Origin: a virus
DNA: 47,017 nucleotides
IMG/VR virus record: IMGVR_UViG_3300038701_001735
Location: 1-47,017 of that record
Direction: 5' to 3' (one strand)
Of the stretch, positions 14,243 through 24,671 are shown in pieces. How positions within the stretch are numbered: position 1 is the first letter of the stretch; each line of letters starts with the position of its first letter. Both the position numbers and the translations under genes were made by a program. The notes beneath the pieces were generated by a model that had not been told where the DNA came from, did not search any database, and saw only the letters and a list, made by a program, of their open reading frames with translations.

Positions 14243-16998
14243 CAGCGCAGGCCCTCCAGCAGCGTGTTCACATCAAAGACGAAGACCGAGCCATCTTCGC
14301 CGGTCACATCATAGGTGTTGTTGCCGATCGTGTATTCCATCCGGTAGCGACCTTCGACGACCTGTTCGCCCCGCGTGATCGGGACAAGGCGCGTATCTTC
14401 CAGGTCGGAATGCGACAGTGGCTCACGACCCTCCTGAGTGGCGAGATAGGGGATGCTGCCACCCCACATATCAGGCTGCGGCTCTGTCGCCTCGCGCGTG
14501 AAGCCGCCGCCTTGGGTGCGGTTCACGGCGGGAACGCCGACCGCAACGCGCAATGCCACGCTCAGATCGCTTGCAGAAACCGAGGGCGGCAACAGGGCGG
14601 GCTGACCGTTGACCTCTTGGACGCCGCCGCGCACCACGCCGAAGTTGTCCGTGTGCTGCCCCAGGGCCTCCTGATACGCCCGGCGCAGCGTATCGCCTTC
14701 ATCCATATCACCCGTGAGAACGCCCCGCGCATCCAGTGCGTAGAGTGCCCGCGCCGCCGATTGCAGTTGGCCGCGCAGGTTTGGAATGTTGGGCACCGCG
14801 TTGTGGATATCGTCGCCGTTGATGCCGGTCGTGCCCCAATCGTTTTCGACCAGATGCTCGATCGTCGTGGCGTTGGACGGCATCTGAATTGTGCCGCTGT
14901 CGATCAACTCCATTCCGCGCACGATATCGGCGGCGAGTTGGGGTGATCCGCCCAAGGCCGAAATGCTTGCGCCGTGAACAAGCGCCGGGTCTGCATCCAG
15001 TTGCTCCATGACAAGACCGGCGTTCGGGCCCGCCGCGCGGATCAGGGCAACAGCCGCCGCACCTCGCACCGCCCATTCCGTATCTTCACCGACCAAGGAC
15101 GACAGCGCCTCGCGCTCTGCCTGATCGAAGAACACCGGCTGCGGCGTGAAGCCATCGATCGTCATCTGCGTTGCGTAATCCATCCGGCGCTGGAAGCCTG
15201 CGACGAACTGATCCTGCGTGACAGAACCCTCGATTACGCCCATGAAATCCGGCAGCTCAGGCGGCTTGTTCCGGCTGCGACGTTCACGCGCCCAAGTGAT
15301 CGGGTCGTCTTGCAGCGCCTCCACGTTGGATTGGCGAATGCGATCCAGCGCCTCCACCTGGCGCGCGGCGTCTTCCGAGGGGACGGGATCGTTGCGCAGA
15401 TCGTCGATGAACGCTTGCTGTTCTGCCGGCGGGGCGCGCAGGAACTCCGGTGTCAACTCGCGAATGAGGACGGTATCCACGGCGCGCTGCCATTCTTCCG
15501 GCCGCGCGGCGCGAATAGCCGGGTTTGCCAAAACCGCCTCGTTGTCATGGACGTAGCCCATCGCTGCGGTGCCGGTGATGTCTTCAAGCATATCGCCCCA
15601 CTCAGCGACTTGCTGATCCCGGCGCGCTTCCCGCATTTGCTCTGCGGCGTCCTCGGCGGCGAGAATGACGTTCTGCGCTTGCTCCGGGGTATAGGCAAGG
15701 CCGGGCAGGCTGGTGCGCGCGATCAGCGTTTCTTCAAGACGCTGACGGGACGCATTGATTTGATCCTGATCGCCCGACAGAAGCGCGTCCGAATAGTCGT
15801 CGCTGTAGCGGTTCACCAGGGCAAGGTTGGAGTTGGACGCGCGCTGACGGACCTCGCGGTGCATCTGGTCCATGGCGCCGCGGTAGACCTGCCCAAGCTC
15901 TTGCTCTAATTGCATTCGCAGCGGGGTGCGCAGGCTCTCGTGGGCGTTCTCGACCATCTGATCAATCATTGCCTCGCCACGCTGACGGACGCCCTCGGGG
16001 TTGCCCGCCATTTCGTTGGCGATGCTCACCATGTCCGTGACGTAGCGGTTGGTCACTTCCGACGCATAGGCCAGATCGGCAGCAGCATTGTGCGCTTGCA
16101 GGATCGGCCCAGACAGCGGGGAATACCGGCGGTTCTCGATCCGGCCATCGGCGGTGCGAATGCTGGTCGGCTCTGCCGGCGGGGCCGCGGGAACGGAGCC
16201 ACCGGGCGCGGCTACGTCTGGCTCGCCAAGAACCGGGGCGAGACCACCGGAACTGACGCGGGCTTCAAGGTCTGCGCCATCTGCGCCGATGGCGGACAGA
16301 AGGCGCCGCGCATTCTCTCTGTGCGGGCCAAACTGGTTGTTCACCTTGTCGGCAACAGTGCCGGGCGCACCACCGTTGTTCGCGTCAGAGCGGTTGTATA
16401 GCCCAGGACCGCCGGCGTTCACGATAGAATAGGCGTCCAACTCCGACATGCCGGGTTGCCACCCATTGCTCCGGAAGTAGTTGGCGATCGCGCCATTCGG
16501 CCCAAGTTGCGATCCGATCGGGTCATTCCAATCAACGCCATACTCTCGCGCCTGCGGTTCGCCAAACTGGATCAAGCCGCGATGCTGTCCCCATTGTGTT
16601 GTTGGGCCCGGCTGTGTCGGATCGAACGTTCCGCCTGTCTCATAGGAAATGATCGTTGAGAGGACTTCGGGCGACATTTGCAGGGCATTTGCTGTCGCCA
16701 CAATGCCCGAGGCTAGATCCTGACCGTCCCATTCCGAGGACGACATGCGCGCCTGCGGCTGACCGTTCTGCCCGTAAAGCGGATAGATCGGGCGCGGCTC
16801 GCCTATATCGCGCTGCGCTTCCGCAAGGCCTTGCTCCATGCCCTGACGTTCGGCCTCCTGCATCGCAGCAGGTTCCAGCGCGCGATACGCCTCCTGCATA
16901 ATGCCGGCCAAACCGAGGAAGGCCGTGCCGCCTTGGGCTGGTGCACGGCTGAAATTGCTCAGAGCGGGGCGTTCGGTGATCTTTCGCAGCTCGGCCAT
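14242..16998 (-). CDS. Internal virion protein with a lytic transglycosylase (SLT-like) domain, 918 aa
   Basis: ..TIISYETGGTFDP...GLIQFG...AYSIVNAGG.. is a lysozyme-like motif near the N-terminus, analogous to T7 gp16. Confidence 0.75.
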   Translation of the reverse strand: MAELRKITERPALSNFSRAPAQGGTAFLGLAGIMQEAYRALEPAAMQEAERQGMEQGLAEAQRDIGEPRPIYPLYGQNGQPQARMSSSEWDGQDLASGIVATANALQMSPEVLSTIISYETGGTFDPTQPGPTTQWGQHRGLIQFGEPQAREYGVDWNDPIGSQLGPNGAIANYFRSNGWQPGMSELDAYSIVNAGGPGLYNRSDANNGGAPGTVADKVNNQFGPHRENARRLLSAIGADGADLEARVSSGGLAPVLGEPDVAAPGGSVPAAPPAEPTSIRTADGRIENRRYSPLSGPILQAHNAAADLAYASEVTNRYVTDMVSIANEMAGNPEGVRQRGEAMIDQMVENAHESLRTPLRMQLEQELGQVYRGAMDQMHREVRQRASNSNLALVNRYSDDYSDALLSGDQDQINASRQRLEETLIARTSLPGLAYTPEQAQNVILAAEDAAEQMREARRDQQVAEWGDMLEDITGTAAMGYVHDNEAVLANPAIRAARPEEWQRAVDTVLIRELTPEFLRAPPAEQQAFIDDLRNDPVPSEDAARQVEALDRIRQSNVEALQDDPITWARERRSRNKPPELPDFMGVIEGSVTQDQFVAGFQRRMDYATQMTIDGFTPQPVFFDQAEREALSSLVGEDTEWAVRGAAAVALIRAAGPNAGLVMEQLDADPALVHGASISALGGSPQLAADIVRGMELIDSGTIQMPSNATTIEHLVENDWGTTGINGDDIHNAVPNIPNLRGQLQSAARALYALDARGVLTGDMDEGDTLRRAYQEALGQHTDNFGVVRGGVQEVNGQPALLPPSVSASDLSVALRVAVGVPAVNRTQGGGFTREATEPQPDMWGGSIPYLATQEGREPLSHSDLEDTRLVPITRGEQVVEGRYRMEYTIGNNTYDVTGEDGSVFVFDVNTLLEGLR

Positions 16999-17438
16999 TA
17001 TCCAATCCCGCCTTGGCTATAGTCATAGAGGCTGAACAAGGATTGCCCGGCCCTCGCGACACCGCCGAGGAAGCCCCACGTTGCCCGTTGCCCAGCCTGT
17101 CGCCCGGCCGCATCAAAGTCGTAGGCTTCCATCATCCGGTTGTTGAAGTTGATCCCGCGCTCCCGGTTCCGCACATCGCGAAGCTCTTGCAGCATTTCGA
17201 ACGTGCCGACGCCGCCCGATTGCCCGTTGGCGGCAAATGCGTTGCGCATCGTCGCCAGCTCGTCAGACAGGGCCCGGCGATCGAAGGCGTCACCCTGTCG
17301 TGCGCGGGTGCGGCCGATGAACGCATTCGTCTCGGCCTGGCGTTGTTCAGCGCGGGCCTGTTGCGCCTGACCAATGCCTTCGAAGATGCTGGTTGCTGCG
17401 CGGAGGCCAAGGGCGGCGGGGATAAGCCATGCGGGCAT
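16998..17438 (-). CDS. Small internal virion protein, 146 aa
   Basis: Position is equivalent to T7 gp13/gp14. Its stop overlaps the next start (TAATG). Confidence 0.55.
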   Translation of the reverse strand: MPAWLIPAALGLRAATSIFEGIGQAQQARAEQRQAETNAFIGRTRARQGDAFDRRALSDELATMRNAFAANGQSGGVGTFEMLQELRDVRNRERGINFNNRMMEAYDFDAAGRQAGQRATWGFLGGVARAGQSLFSLYDYSQGGIG

Positions 17439-19594
17439 CAGTATTGGACCTCCTGGCCGACTTGCAAAATCTTAAACGGCCCAGGTCGCACCTTTTTTAC
17501 CACCATCAATGGGTGGAAGCTGCGGCCGAAAAACGGGATGCGATAGGGCTTTGTTCTTACTGGCGGCGGCTCGCTGAGATCGGAGCCAACGTCGTATCCG
17601 CCGAGAGTCCGAGTGTGATTGTTGCATGTTGCGTCAAAAAGCCCGGTGCCCTGAACGCTCACATGGAACATAAAGGTTCGCGTTGGAAACCGCCCATCGC
17701 GCATTGAGTCTGTTACCGCCTTCGGCCAAGGCGCCACCGTCGAAACGATCGCAAGCCCTGCTTGCCCACCGTCTGCCATATCGGGCTGGTCACCCATGGC
17801 GCCGCTGACCGGCATAACCCTGTCGCCCAGATCATAGCCATTGTCGTAGAACTGGATTGTCTCGCCTCTTAGGTGCGACATATCCGGCTGCACTCCTGCG
17901 GCCGTAAATTTGGCGCAATCGACATACGTGTCCGCGTCCAATTTTTCGATATAATACTTTGTCGATCCATCAACGTCTCTATCAACGATCGCATAGTATC
18001 CGCCAAATATGGGGGCAAACCCAAGAAAATTGTCGGGATCGTTTGTGCGCCACAAGGAAAATCCGGTCGTCGCCTCGTCCAGCGACCCGAAGTAGCGCAT
18101 GGCCGCTGCCGTGCCATCCGCGTTCGTGATGATCAGATATCGCTCGGGCAGGGAGTTGTCCGCTGCCGGGCCGCAGATATGGACGGGTTCCGTGATGATA
18201 TCGTCATACATCTCGGAAATCGTGCGGACGTTCCATTTCAGGACCACGTTGCCGTCGAGATAGGCGAACCCGACCTTGCGGCCGCCCGCCTCGCCAAAGA
18301 CGATACCCCGACCGACAAGCGCGGGCTTCACGCTGGACGCGCCGCGGTGATCGAACAGCTCGGCATTGAACGTCGTGGGTGACAGGGCAGCGCCCTCGCG
18401 CAGGGGCACCACGTAGAGGCCTCGATCCGCCAGAAGGAGAAGATCGCCCGCGTTGATCGCGTGAAGGAAGCGGGGGGAGCCATCCCCTTCGCGCCGGGCA
18501 AATCCGTCGTCATCGGCCGCGCCGATTTCGATATCATTGATGGCGCGAACCGACGACCCGACGATCACGTCAGGCAATTCGGGGAAGTTGCAGAAGATCA
18601 TCCGACCAGACGCGGCGGCACCTGAGCCCGGCCATCCTCGCGCGTCCGACATGAGGCTTTCATCCCAAAAGCTCGTCGGGCGCGGCGTTCCTTCCTCTGT
18701 CACGGACACGATTTCATCTGAAAACGACGGACCTGACAGAATTTCGCCAACCTCCGGCTTGAGCTGGTTGAGCGCGACGACGTAGACAGTTTCCACGGCG
18801 GGGCTACCCGGCAAAAACGCCACTTGCGCAATGACGCCCTGAAAGCCGCTGTCCGCGCATATGACGATATTTCCTGCTGTGAAAAATGCGCGCGCTTCCC
18901 AATTAAATGTGATGGCATAGCTAGGAGGCAGATTCGCGTCTGAAACGGTTCCGTCAACTTCCGTTGCGCTTGTGTATCCGGTGATCTCAATCTGGCTACC
19001 GGCATAGCGGATTGTGCTGCCCACATGCGCCGCCGTGAACACCGGCGCCGTGGCTGTAACTGTGATGCTTCCGCTATCGGCGCTTGGCGTAATGCTGGTG
19101 CCTGGATTGAACGACCAAAACGGCTGCGCGCTTTCGCCCTGCGATGTCGTCGCAAAGGTCCAATCGTCCAACGACCACGCCCCGCCATTGTAGGAAAGCA
19201 CCTGCATTCCCGTAGTCGGGTGCCCGATCACGACCTGATCGCGGAACTTGGCCATCCACAAATCATCTGCCGAAGTCCACCCAACCGATGACGTGGTGAA
19301 ATCGATCGTGCCATCTTCCTCCATCACGTATAGGTCGGTGTCGCTGGCATAGACGAACCGCTTCACGTCGTTTTCCGGCCAGATTTCCTCCCAAAGCGTC
19401 GTGCCGTTGGGTATCTCGCGAATGAACTGAGTGCCTGGCCGGGCCTCGACAGCCCCAGAAATTGTTGCCTGCACATTCCTAGCTTGGCGCAGTGAGCGAT
19501 TCCGCAAATCCAGATCATCACGCTCCAAGAAGTCGATCTTTGTTTGCAGAAGGCTAAAATCGCGCTGCACGATGTTTTGACGCCGCCTAGCCAC
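17438..19594 (-). CDS. Tail tubular protein B / nozzle-like, 718 aa
   Basis: Size and position match T7 gp12 (follows the gp11-like gene, with an 8-nt overlap). Confidence 0.6.
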   Translation of the reverse strand: MARRRQNIVQRDFSLLQTKIDFLERDDLDLRNRSLRQARNVQATISGAVEARPGTQFIREIPNGTTLWEEIWPENDVKRFVYASDTDLYVMEEDGTIDFTTSSVGWTSADDLWMAKFRDQVVIGHPTTGMQVLSYNGGAWSLDDWTFATTSQGESAQPFWSFNPGTSITPSADSGSITVTATAPVFTAAHVGSTIRYAGSQIEITGYTSATEVDGTVSDANLPPSYAITFNWEARAFFTAGNIVICADSGFQGVIAQVAFLPGSPAVETVYVVALNQLKPEVGEILSGPSFSDEIVSVTEEGTPRPTSFWDESLMSDARGWPGSGAAASGRMIFCNFPELPDVIVGSSVRAINDIEIGAADDDGFARREGDGSPRFLHAINAGDLLLLADRGLYVVPLREGAALSPTTFNAELFDHRGASSVKPALVGRGIVFGEAGGRKVGFAYLDGNVVLKWNVRTISEMYDDIITEPVHICGPAADNSLPERYLIITNADGTAAAMRYFGSLDEATTGFSLWRTNDPDNFLGFAPIFGGYYAIVDRDVDGSTKYYIEKLDADTYVDCAKFTAAGVQPDMSHLRGETIQFYDNGYDLGDRVMPVSGAMGDQPDMADGGQAGLAIVSTVAPWPKAVTDSMRDGRFPTRTFMFHVSVQGTGLFDATCNNHTRTLGGYDVGSDLSEPPPVRTKPYRIPFFGRSFHPLMVVKKVRPGPFKILQVGQEVQY

Positions 19595-20213
19595 GGAGGA
19601 ACCTTGCCTTGCTGAACCGGCTGTCGCGGAAGGGTTCTCTTGCGGAGCGGGACTTCGACGAAATCACGCGGGCCCGGTCAAATTCCGCATCGGCCATCTG
19701 GTCAAGCATCCGCGCTTCGGACGCCTCTTCCCAGACCGACCGGCGAATGACGGACTCGAGACGAAGCTGAATGCCCTTCACGAACCGGGGAAGCCAGTCC
19801 GTCGTCGCGGCGGAATTGAGGTATTCGATCATCACGCCGTCAGCCTTGTCGACGTGGACCCGCGATCCGTCCTCCACCCAATGCATGTCCAGATCACGGA
19901 TGCCGTCCGCATCTTCCGACCAGACGTGCCGAACGTGCAGGCAATCGGCCGGCAGCGCGTAGGCGTCGGGGAAGCCGAACAGCCCATCGGTGCGGGTTTG
20001 CAGGTTCGCTTCCTGCTTGGTGAAGCTGTAAAGGCCATCCTGCAACTCGGCTTCGACGATGATCGGCCAGTTGCGAACCAGAAGCGTGAACTCCGGGTTG
20101 GAATCAGTCTCGGAGACCGCAGCATCAAGACCCTGCGAAACAAGGGCAGCGTTCATGATCTGCAACATGGAGTGTGAAGTAGCCATGGCGGAAAATATCC
20201 GCCTCGCGCGCAT
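19587..20213 (-). CDS. Tail tubular protein A / adaptor-like, 208 aa (alternative start at 20186)
   Basis: Size and position match T7 gp11. The N-terminal ..MLQIMNAALVSQGL.. resembles the gp11 N-terminal motif. Confidence 0.55.
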   Translation of the reverse strand: MRARRIFSAMATSHSMLQIMNAALVSQGLDAAVSETDSNPEFTLLVRNWPIIVEAELQDGLYSFTKQEANLQTRTDGLFGFPDAYALPADCLHVRHVWSEDADGIRDLDMHWVEDGSRVHVDKADGVMIEYLNSAATTDWLPRFVKGIQLRLESVIRRSVWEEASEARMLDQMADAEFDRARVISSKSRSAREPFRDSRFSKARFLRG

Positions 20214-20301
20214 GTGACCCTATGCACGAAATGCGACGAGGGCGACCGTTCCGCACAGCCGCCCTCGCCATATAGCCCCACGAGGCAGGTTAGTCGCCGG
20301 G

Positions 20302-20526
20302 CTATTCCTTCGCCTTCGGCTTTTCCGTTCGAATCTGGCGCATCCAGTTTTCGGAGAACGCGCTTTTTTCGATCAGACCTTTCCAGCCCGGCTCGACATA
20401 ATGACCGCCGGGCAGGACGCCGGGCGCCGTCGTGATGACGGTAATGGTCGTCTCGGTCTCGGGCGCATCCTTCGCCTTCACCTCGACTTCGACTTCCTTC
20501 GCGCCACCCTGCACCTTGTCGGTCAT
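20302..20526 (-). CDS. Hypothetical 74-aa protein
   Basis: Start overlaps the upstream stop. Lies within the structural module. Confidence 0.5.
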   Translation of the reverse strand: MTDKVQGGAKEVEVEVKAKDAPETETTITVITTAPGVLPGGHYVEPGWKGLIEKSAFSENWMRQIRTEKPKAKE

Positions 20527-20951
20527 CAGGTGTTGACCTCCGTGGCGATGGCCGCGGTGATGGCGCCGGCGGTGGCGTTGGAGCCCGCGACCGTGTAGCG
20601 CAGCCCGAGGTATTCCAGCATGGTCGCATCGGGAAGCCAGCGCATCGAAGTCCGGTATCCTGCAACCAGACTGGCGACGGGGATCGCGCCGGTCGTGTAG
20701 AGGACGGTGGACGAGGTAAGGTTGGCAGCGGCCGACGTTTCCAGCGTGATCGTCAGGCTGGTCAGGGTCGCGAAGTTTTCGACAACCTGGATCAGCACCG
20801 GGATCTCGTTACCGGCACCAAGGTTCCGGGTCAGGGCCGACGACGAAAGGGGCGGGGTGCCCATCGCCGGCCATTGGATGACGTTTTCCGAGATCGCGGT
20901 GGCGGTGACCGCCTGCGCCTCGGAGAGCGTGAGGTTCATGTCAAGAATCAT
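20526..20951 (-). CDS. Capsid decoration/cement-like protein, 141 aa
   Basis: Immediately downstream of the major capsid gene. The N-terminal ..LTLSEAQAVTATAISENVI.. resembles, from memory, Bordetella phage BPP-1 Bbp16-type cement proteins. Confidence 0.5.
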   Translation of the reverse strand: MILDMNLTLSEAQAVTATAISENVIQWPAMGTPPLSSSALTRNLGAGNEIPVLIQVVENFATLTSLTITLETSAAANLTSSTVLYTTGAIPVASLVAGYRTSMRWLPDATMLEYLGLRYTVAGSNATAGAITAAIATEVNT

Positions 20952-20962
20952 TGTCTCTCTCC

Positions 20963-21991
20963 TTAGACGACGCGGGCTTCGGTGTTGAGGATCGCGTCCG
21001 TTTCACGAATGGGGATGTTGCGGTAGGACATGACCTCCGTTCCATCCAGTTCCATCGGCCGCAGGCGGATATAGTTGTCGGAGCCGACGCTGTTGGTCTG
21101 AGCCGCGTCCAGCGCCTCCATGACCTCGGTGTTGCAATACATCACCGTGCGGCCGGCGGCGCCCTGATCGGCCACCTTGCCCTTCCGGCGTGTGTGCAGC
21201 TTGTAGTAGGCCTGCCGGGCGAGCTTGTAGATATCGACGCTGCCGGCCCGGAGGTTCGACACGTCGATGTTCGCCACGCGGGAGATGTTCCGCCAGTCCT
21301 TGACCACCCATCCCATGTGCGCCGAGAACAGTTCTTCCTCGACATAGTAGGGGTTGCCGGCGGCGTCGGTGACGCGCTGCGGGCCCTTGTCTTCCTGCTT
21401 GATCCCGCCGGTCGTGCCGTTCGGGTAGATGCCGCAGAAATCGCGATCGGACCAGGTGACGAACCAGATCGAGGTGTTGTCGGAACCGGTGCCGCCGCCG
21501 TCGATGATCTGGTTGCCGGCGCCGGTCGTGTCAAGCGCGCCGAAGCGGGCGCCGAGGCCTTTCGGGTGACGGACGTTGGTTCCGCTGTCGTAGTAGAACA
21601 TCGACTTCACGAGATCCTGCGCCATGGATTCGATGAACGACACGCTTTCGTTCATGCGGACCTGGAGCCGGTTCGGGCCGGCGATATCGAGAACGCGCTG
21701 GTCGACGGTGGAAAGCGCTTCGACGAAGCCGGTCGTATCCGTGACCTGCTGCGAAGAAGACTTGGACTGAGCGATGCCCTCGTAGAGCGCGCCCCACGAA
21801 ACGCTCGGGAGGCCGGTGCGGATCGTGTGGATATGCTTGGTGCCATCGTTGCATTCCATCATGAGCCAGTCGTCCATGATGTATTGGGAAGTGTCGTTCA
21901 TCACTTCGATGATCTGACCGATGCCCTCGCGACCGTTGGTCTGCTTGTAGACATCGGCCATGGTCAGGAATTTCTGAACCAGGGTTGACAT
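20963..21991 (-). CDS. Major capsid protein, 342 aa
   Basis: Position after the scaffold gene, appropriate size, high-expression codon usage, and a strong ORF. Confidence 0.75.
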   Translation of the reverse strand: MSTLVQKFLTMADVYKQTNGREGIGQIIEVMNDTSQYIMDDWLMMECNDGTKHIHTIRTGLPSVSWGALYEGIAQSKSSSQQVTDTTGFVEALSTVDQRVLDIAGPNRLQVRMNESVSFIESMAQDLVKSMFYYDSGTNVRHPKGLGARFGALDTTGAGNQIIDGGGTGSDNTSIWFVTWSDRDFCGIYPNGTTGGIKQEDKGPQRVTDAAGNPYYVEEELFSAHMGWVVKDWRNISRVANIDVSNLRAGSVDIYKLARQAYYKLHTRRKGKVADQGAAGRTVMYCNTEVMEALDAAQTNSVGSDNYIRLRPMELDGTEVMSYRNIPIRETDAILNTEARVV

Positions 21992-21994
21992 AGT

Positions 21995-22744
21995 TTAATC
22001 CTTTCGGGAGTTGGGGTAGCGAGCCGCGATTGGGTCGACGGTGGCGGTCTTGGGCTGTGGGATCGGCGCGCTGCCACCTTGGGGCGCCAACAGCTTCTCC
22101 AAGGCGCGGAAAGCCTCGAAACTCTGAATGGATTTCATGATGGCGCCGGCGGCGTCTTCGCCTACGCGGCCTTGCAGGGCGCGCTGCGCGGTCGAAAGGC
22201 GGGCGCTGACCTGCGCCTTGTCGGTGCCGAGTTTCTGCATCTCGGCCTGGTGCGCCTGTGCGATCTTGGCTTGCTGGCCGGCCTCGTATTTCGCCAGGAG
22301 ACCCATGAACCCGGATGCCGCCTCTTGGGGCAGGCCGTTGTCTTTCAGCAGTTGCGAGAACTCGTCGAACATGGGCTGAAAGGTCGGGTCTTTGGGGTCG
22401 ATCTCGGGCTTGAAGCCTTCGGGCAGGGTCATGTCACCGAAGTCGATATCCTCGGGAACGGTGAACTCGTAGGCCTCGGGAGCCTGCGGCTTTTCGCCGG
22501 CACGGGCTCTTTCGGCCAGCAATTCCTCGTAGTAGGCGCGGAACTCGTCGGTCTTGAAGCCATCCTCGCCAACGAACTGCTCGCCTGCCCACGAAAAATC
22601 GGGGGTCGATGCGGCGGGCGCGGGAGCCTGTTCGCCACCCTGCGGGGTCGCGTCAGGAGTTGCCGTCGCCGCTTCCGGCACCGCGCCGGCCCCGCCGTCC
22701 GCTGGGCTTCGAAAGATCGAGGTCGAGAATTTCATCCAGTTCAT
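21995..22744 (-). CDS. Scaffolding protein, about 249 aa (start uncertain)
   Basis: Acidic, Ala/Gln-rich and helical. Lies between the portal and the capsid gene. Confidence 0.55.
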   Translation of the reverse strand: MNWMKFSTSIFRSPADGGAGAVPEAATATPDATPQGGEQAPAPAASTPDFSWAGEQFVGEDGFKTDEFRAYYEELLAERARAGEKPQAPEAYEFTVPEDIDFGDMTLPEGFKPEIDPKDPTFQPMFDEFSQLLKDNGLPQEAASGFMGLLAKYEAGQQAKIAQAHQAEMQKLGTDKAQVSARLSTAQRALQGRVGEDAAGAIMKSIQSFEAFRALEKLLAPQGGSAPIPQPKTATVDPIAARYPNSRKD

Positions 22745-23033
22745 TTGTCGCAATCCTTGCAAGATCGAGGAAAATAAACGCCTGCGCGTTGTGTGCTTCC
22801 AATGCACGGGCGTCAGTTGAAGGCGGCAGCGCGAACTCAAGCGTCGATTTTTTCAGCAAATCCAGCATGATAGCGCCTGCCTCTGTCGAAGCGACGGCCT
22901 TGATCGCCCTGATCGCTTCCTTCGCTGCCGACAAATGCCGCACGTTTCCGTTCTTCCGCGCGTCATCTGAGAGCCAGACGAGGTAGTCGAAAACGGGGCC
23001 GCTATCCTTGCGGCGGTTGGGCAGGTTGCTCAA
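22653..23033 (-). CDS. Hypothetical 126-aa protein between portal and scaffold
   Basis: ORF overlapping the portal 3' end by 32 nt and the scaffold 5' end by about 90 nt. The N-terminal two-thirds are protein-like. Confidence 0.45.
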   Translation of the reverse strand: MSNLPNRRKDSGPVFDYLVWLSDDARKNGNVRHLSAAKEAIRAIKAVASTEAGAIMLDLLKKSTLEFALPPSTDARALEAHNAQAFIFLDLARIATNELDEILDLDLSKPSGRRGRRGAGSGDGNS

Positions 23034-24498
23034 CAGGTTCGCTCCTGATCTTCATGATTTCGTCGCCCGAGGTCGTGACCATCGACTTGAGGCTTTCGCC
23101 AAGATCGACGATCTGGACGAGGGCTTCGGGCCCTGCTGCGGCAGCGATCGTTTCGAGGTTCGACCGGAAGACGCGGATTTTGTCGTAGTTCTGGGCCTTT
23201 TGCAGAGGCGAGATGGGCGTGACGAGAATCTGCCCTTCCGCGTGACTGATCGCCTCCTCGATCTGCCCCGTCAGGACGCCGAGGTATTCGAAGCGCTGGA
23301 TCAGCGGGCGGATCATCTCGGTCCAGAGGGGGGCAGAGGGCTTGCCGATCCGCTGCTGGACCCGGCGGCGCTCGTCGGCCCATTGCGTTGCCGTGGGCGG
23401 CGTGTCGCCCCGTTGCGTGGGCCCGTCCTGATAGAAGGCGGTGCGGATGCGGCGCTCGTAGGATTCCTGCGAGAAATACCCGTAGTCTAGGTTCACGCCG
23501 CGGTTCAGTTCGAAGATCGAGTTCCGATCGAACTTCGGGCCGGCGGGATATGCGCGTCCGGGGTCGATGCCTTCGGACAGGTCCAGCGCGCCATCGGAGG
23601 GATAGATCAGCGTATTCAGAAGGGACTGATCGAGGCCGGCGAGGATCGCGTCTTCGATGCTGTCGTTCGTGCGGAAGTCAGGAAGCGCCTTGATGCCGCA
23701 ACCGCGACCCCACGGCTGACCGGGCTGCGGGTTGAACCGGCCGACCAGAAGCGGGCAGGAGCCAGCGATATCGCCAAGGGTCAGGGGGTCTTCGGGCGTC
23801 ACGCGCTTGGCGTCGACCGTGATTTCACAGCGCCAGAGCGGGCGGTTCGGGTCAGACCAGTCCACCCAGAAGCCCCAGACCACATCGCATTTCGCGCCCG
23901 GCTTGGCGAACTTCTCTTCCAGTTCGCGCGGATAGGTCACGTTGTAGTCTTGAAGGAGAGGCTTGACCGCGAAGGCCTCCACCGTCGTTTCGCGGAAGCG
24001 ATCGAGGTAGCGGTGGCCGGGGGTGATCAACAGCTCGTGCGGCGGGACCACTTCACAATGAATGGGCTGGCCGATGGCACCGCGCGTCACCCAGAGGGCG
24101 GGGGTGCCGTGGACGGCCGCCTCGAACCCCCATTGCGGAGCCACGTCGTTGTAGTTGGACTGCGCGATCATGTCGAACAGGTCGCGCTCACGGGCGCGGA
24201 CAAGGTTCAGCACGACATCTGCCTGGTCGGGGTCGACTTCCGTGATGACAGCATAGGAGGCCCACATCGCCTCGGGCGGCGTGAAGTAGGACACCAGATC
24301 GCCGGCAAGGTCCGTTGCGACCTCTTCACCGATCGACGAGAACACATCGCTCTCGCGAACGGCTTTCGGGATGTCGACGAAATCGTATTCGCGGCCCGGC
24401 GCGCAAAAGCGGAACGCCCCCTGGATCAGAGGACGGATGCCTTCGCGCCATTGCTTCGCGTTGAGATAGCGGGTGCTGAAATCCTTGGACGGGTTCAT
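23002..24498 (-). CDS. Portal (head-tail connector, T7 gp8-like), 498 aa
   Basis: Position follows terL and size fits. Contains ..QRGDTPPTATQW.. as in podovirus connectors. Confidence 0.8.
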   Translation of the reverse strand: MNPSKDFSTRYLNAKQWREGIRPLIQGAFRFCAPGREYDFVDIPKAVRESDVFSSIGEEVATDLAGDLVSYFTPPEAMWASYAVITEVDPDQADVVLNLVRARERDLFDMIAQSNYNDVAPQWGFEAAVHGTPALWVTRGAIGQPIHCEVVPPHELLITPGHRYLDRFRETTVEAFAVKPLLQDYNVTYPRELEEKFAKPGAKCDVVWGFWVDWSDPNRPLWRCEITVDAKRVTPEDPLTLGDIAGSCPLLVGRFNPQPGQPWGRGCGIKALPDFRTNDSIEDAILAGLDQSLLNTLIYPSDGALDLSEGIDPGRAYPAGPKFDRNSIFELNRGVNLDYGYFSQESYERRIRTAFYQDGPTQRGDTPPTATQWADERRRVQQRIGKPSAPLWTEMIRPLIQRFEYLGVLTGQIEEAISHAEGQILVTPISPLQKAQNYDKIRVFRSNLETIAAAAGPEALVQIVDLGESLKSMVTTSGDEIMKIRSEPVEQPAQPPQG

Positions 24499-24671
24499 GA
24501 CATGCCGCGAAAGATTGAAAATCCGGATCGGCCATAGGCGGAACGGAAATCTGTGGTGAGGTCAGCCGCTTGCTGTTGGGCTGCGAGGGTGCGTTCCTCG
24601 TCCGCCAATTCGCGCGCCGCCTCTATTTCCGCGTCCATGACACTTGTGTCTGGGGCTTTCTTCCGCCGCAT
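24495..24671 (-). CDS. Hypothetical 58-aa protein
   Basis: ATGA overlap with the portal start. Third-position GC favours this frame over the overlapping tail of 24562..25047. Confidence 0.45.
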   Translation of the reverse strand: MRRKKAPDTSVMDAEIEAARELADEERTLAAQQQAADLTTDFRSAYGRSGFSIFRGMS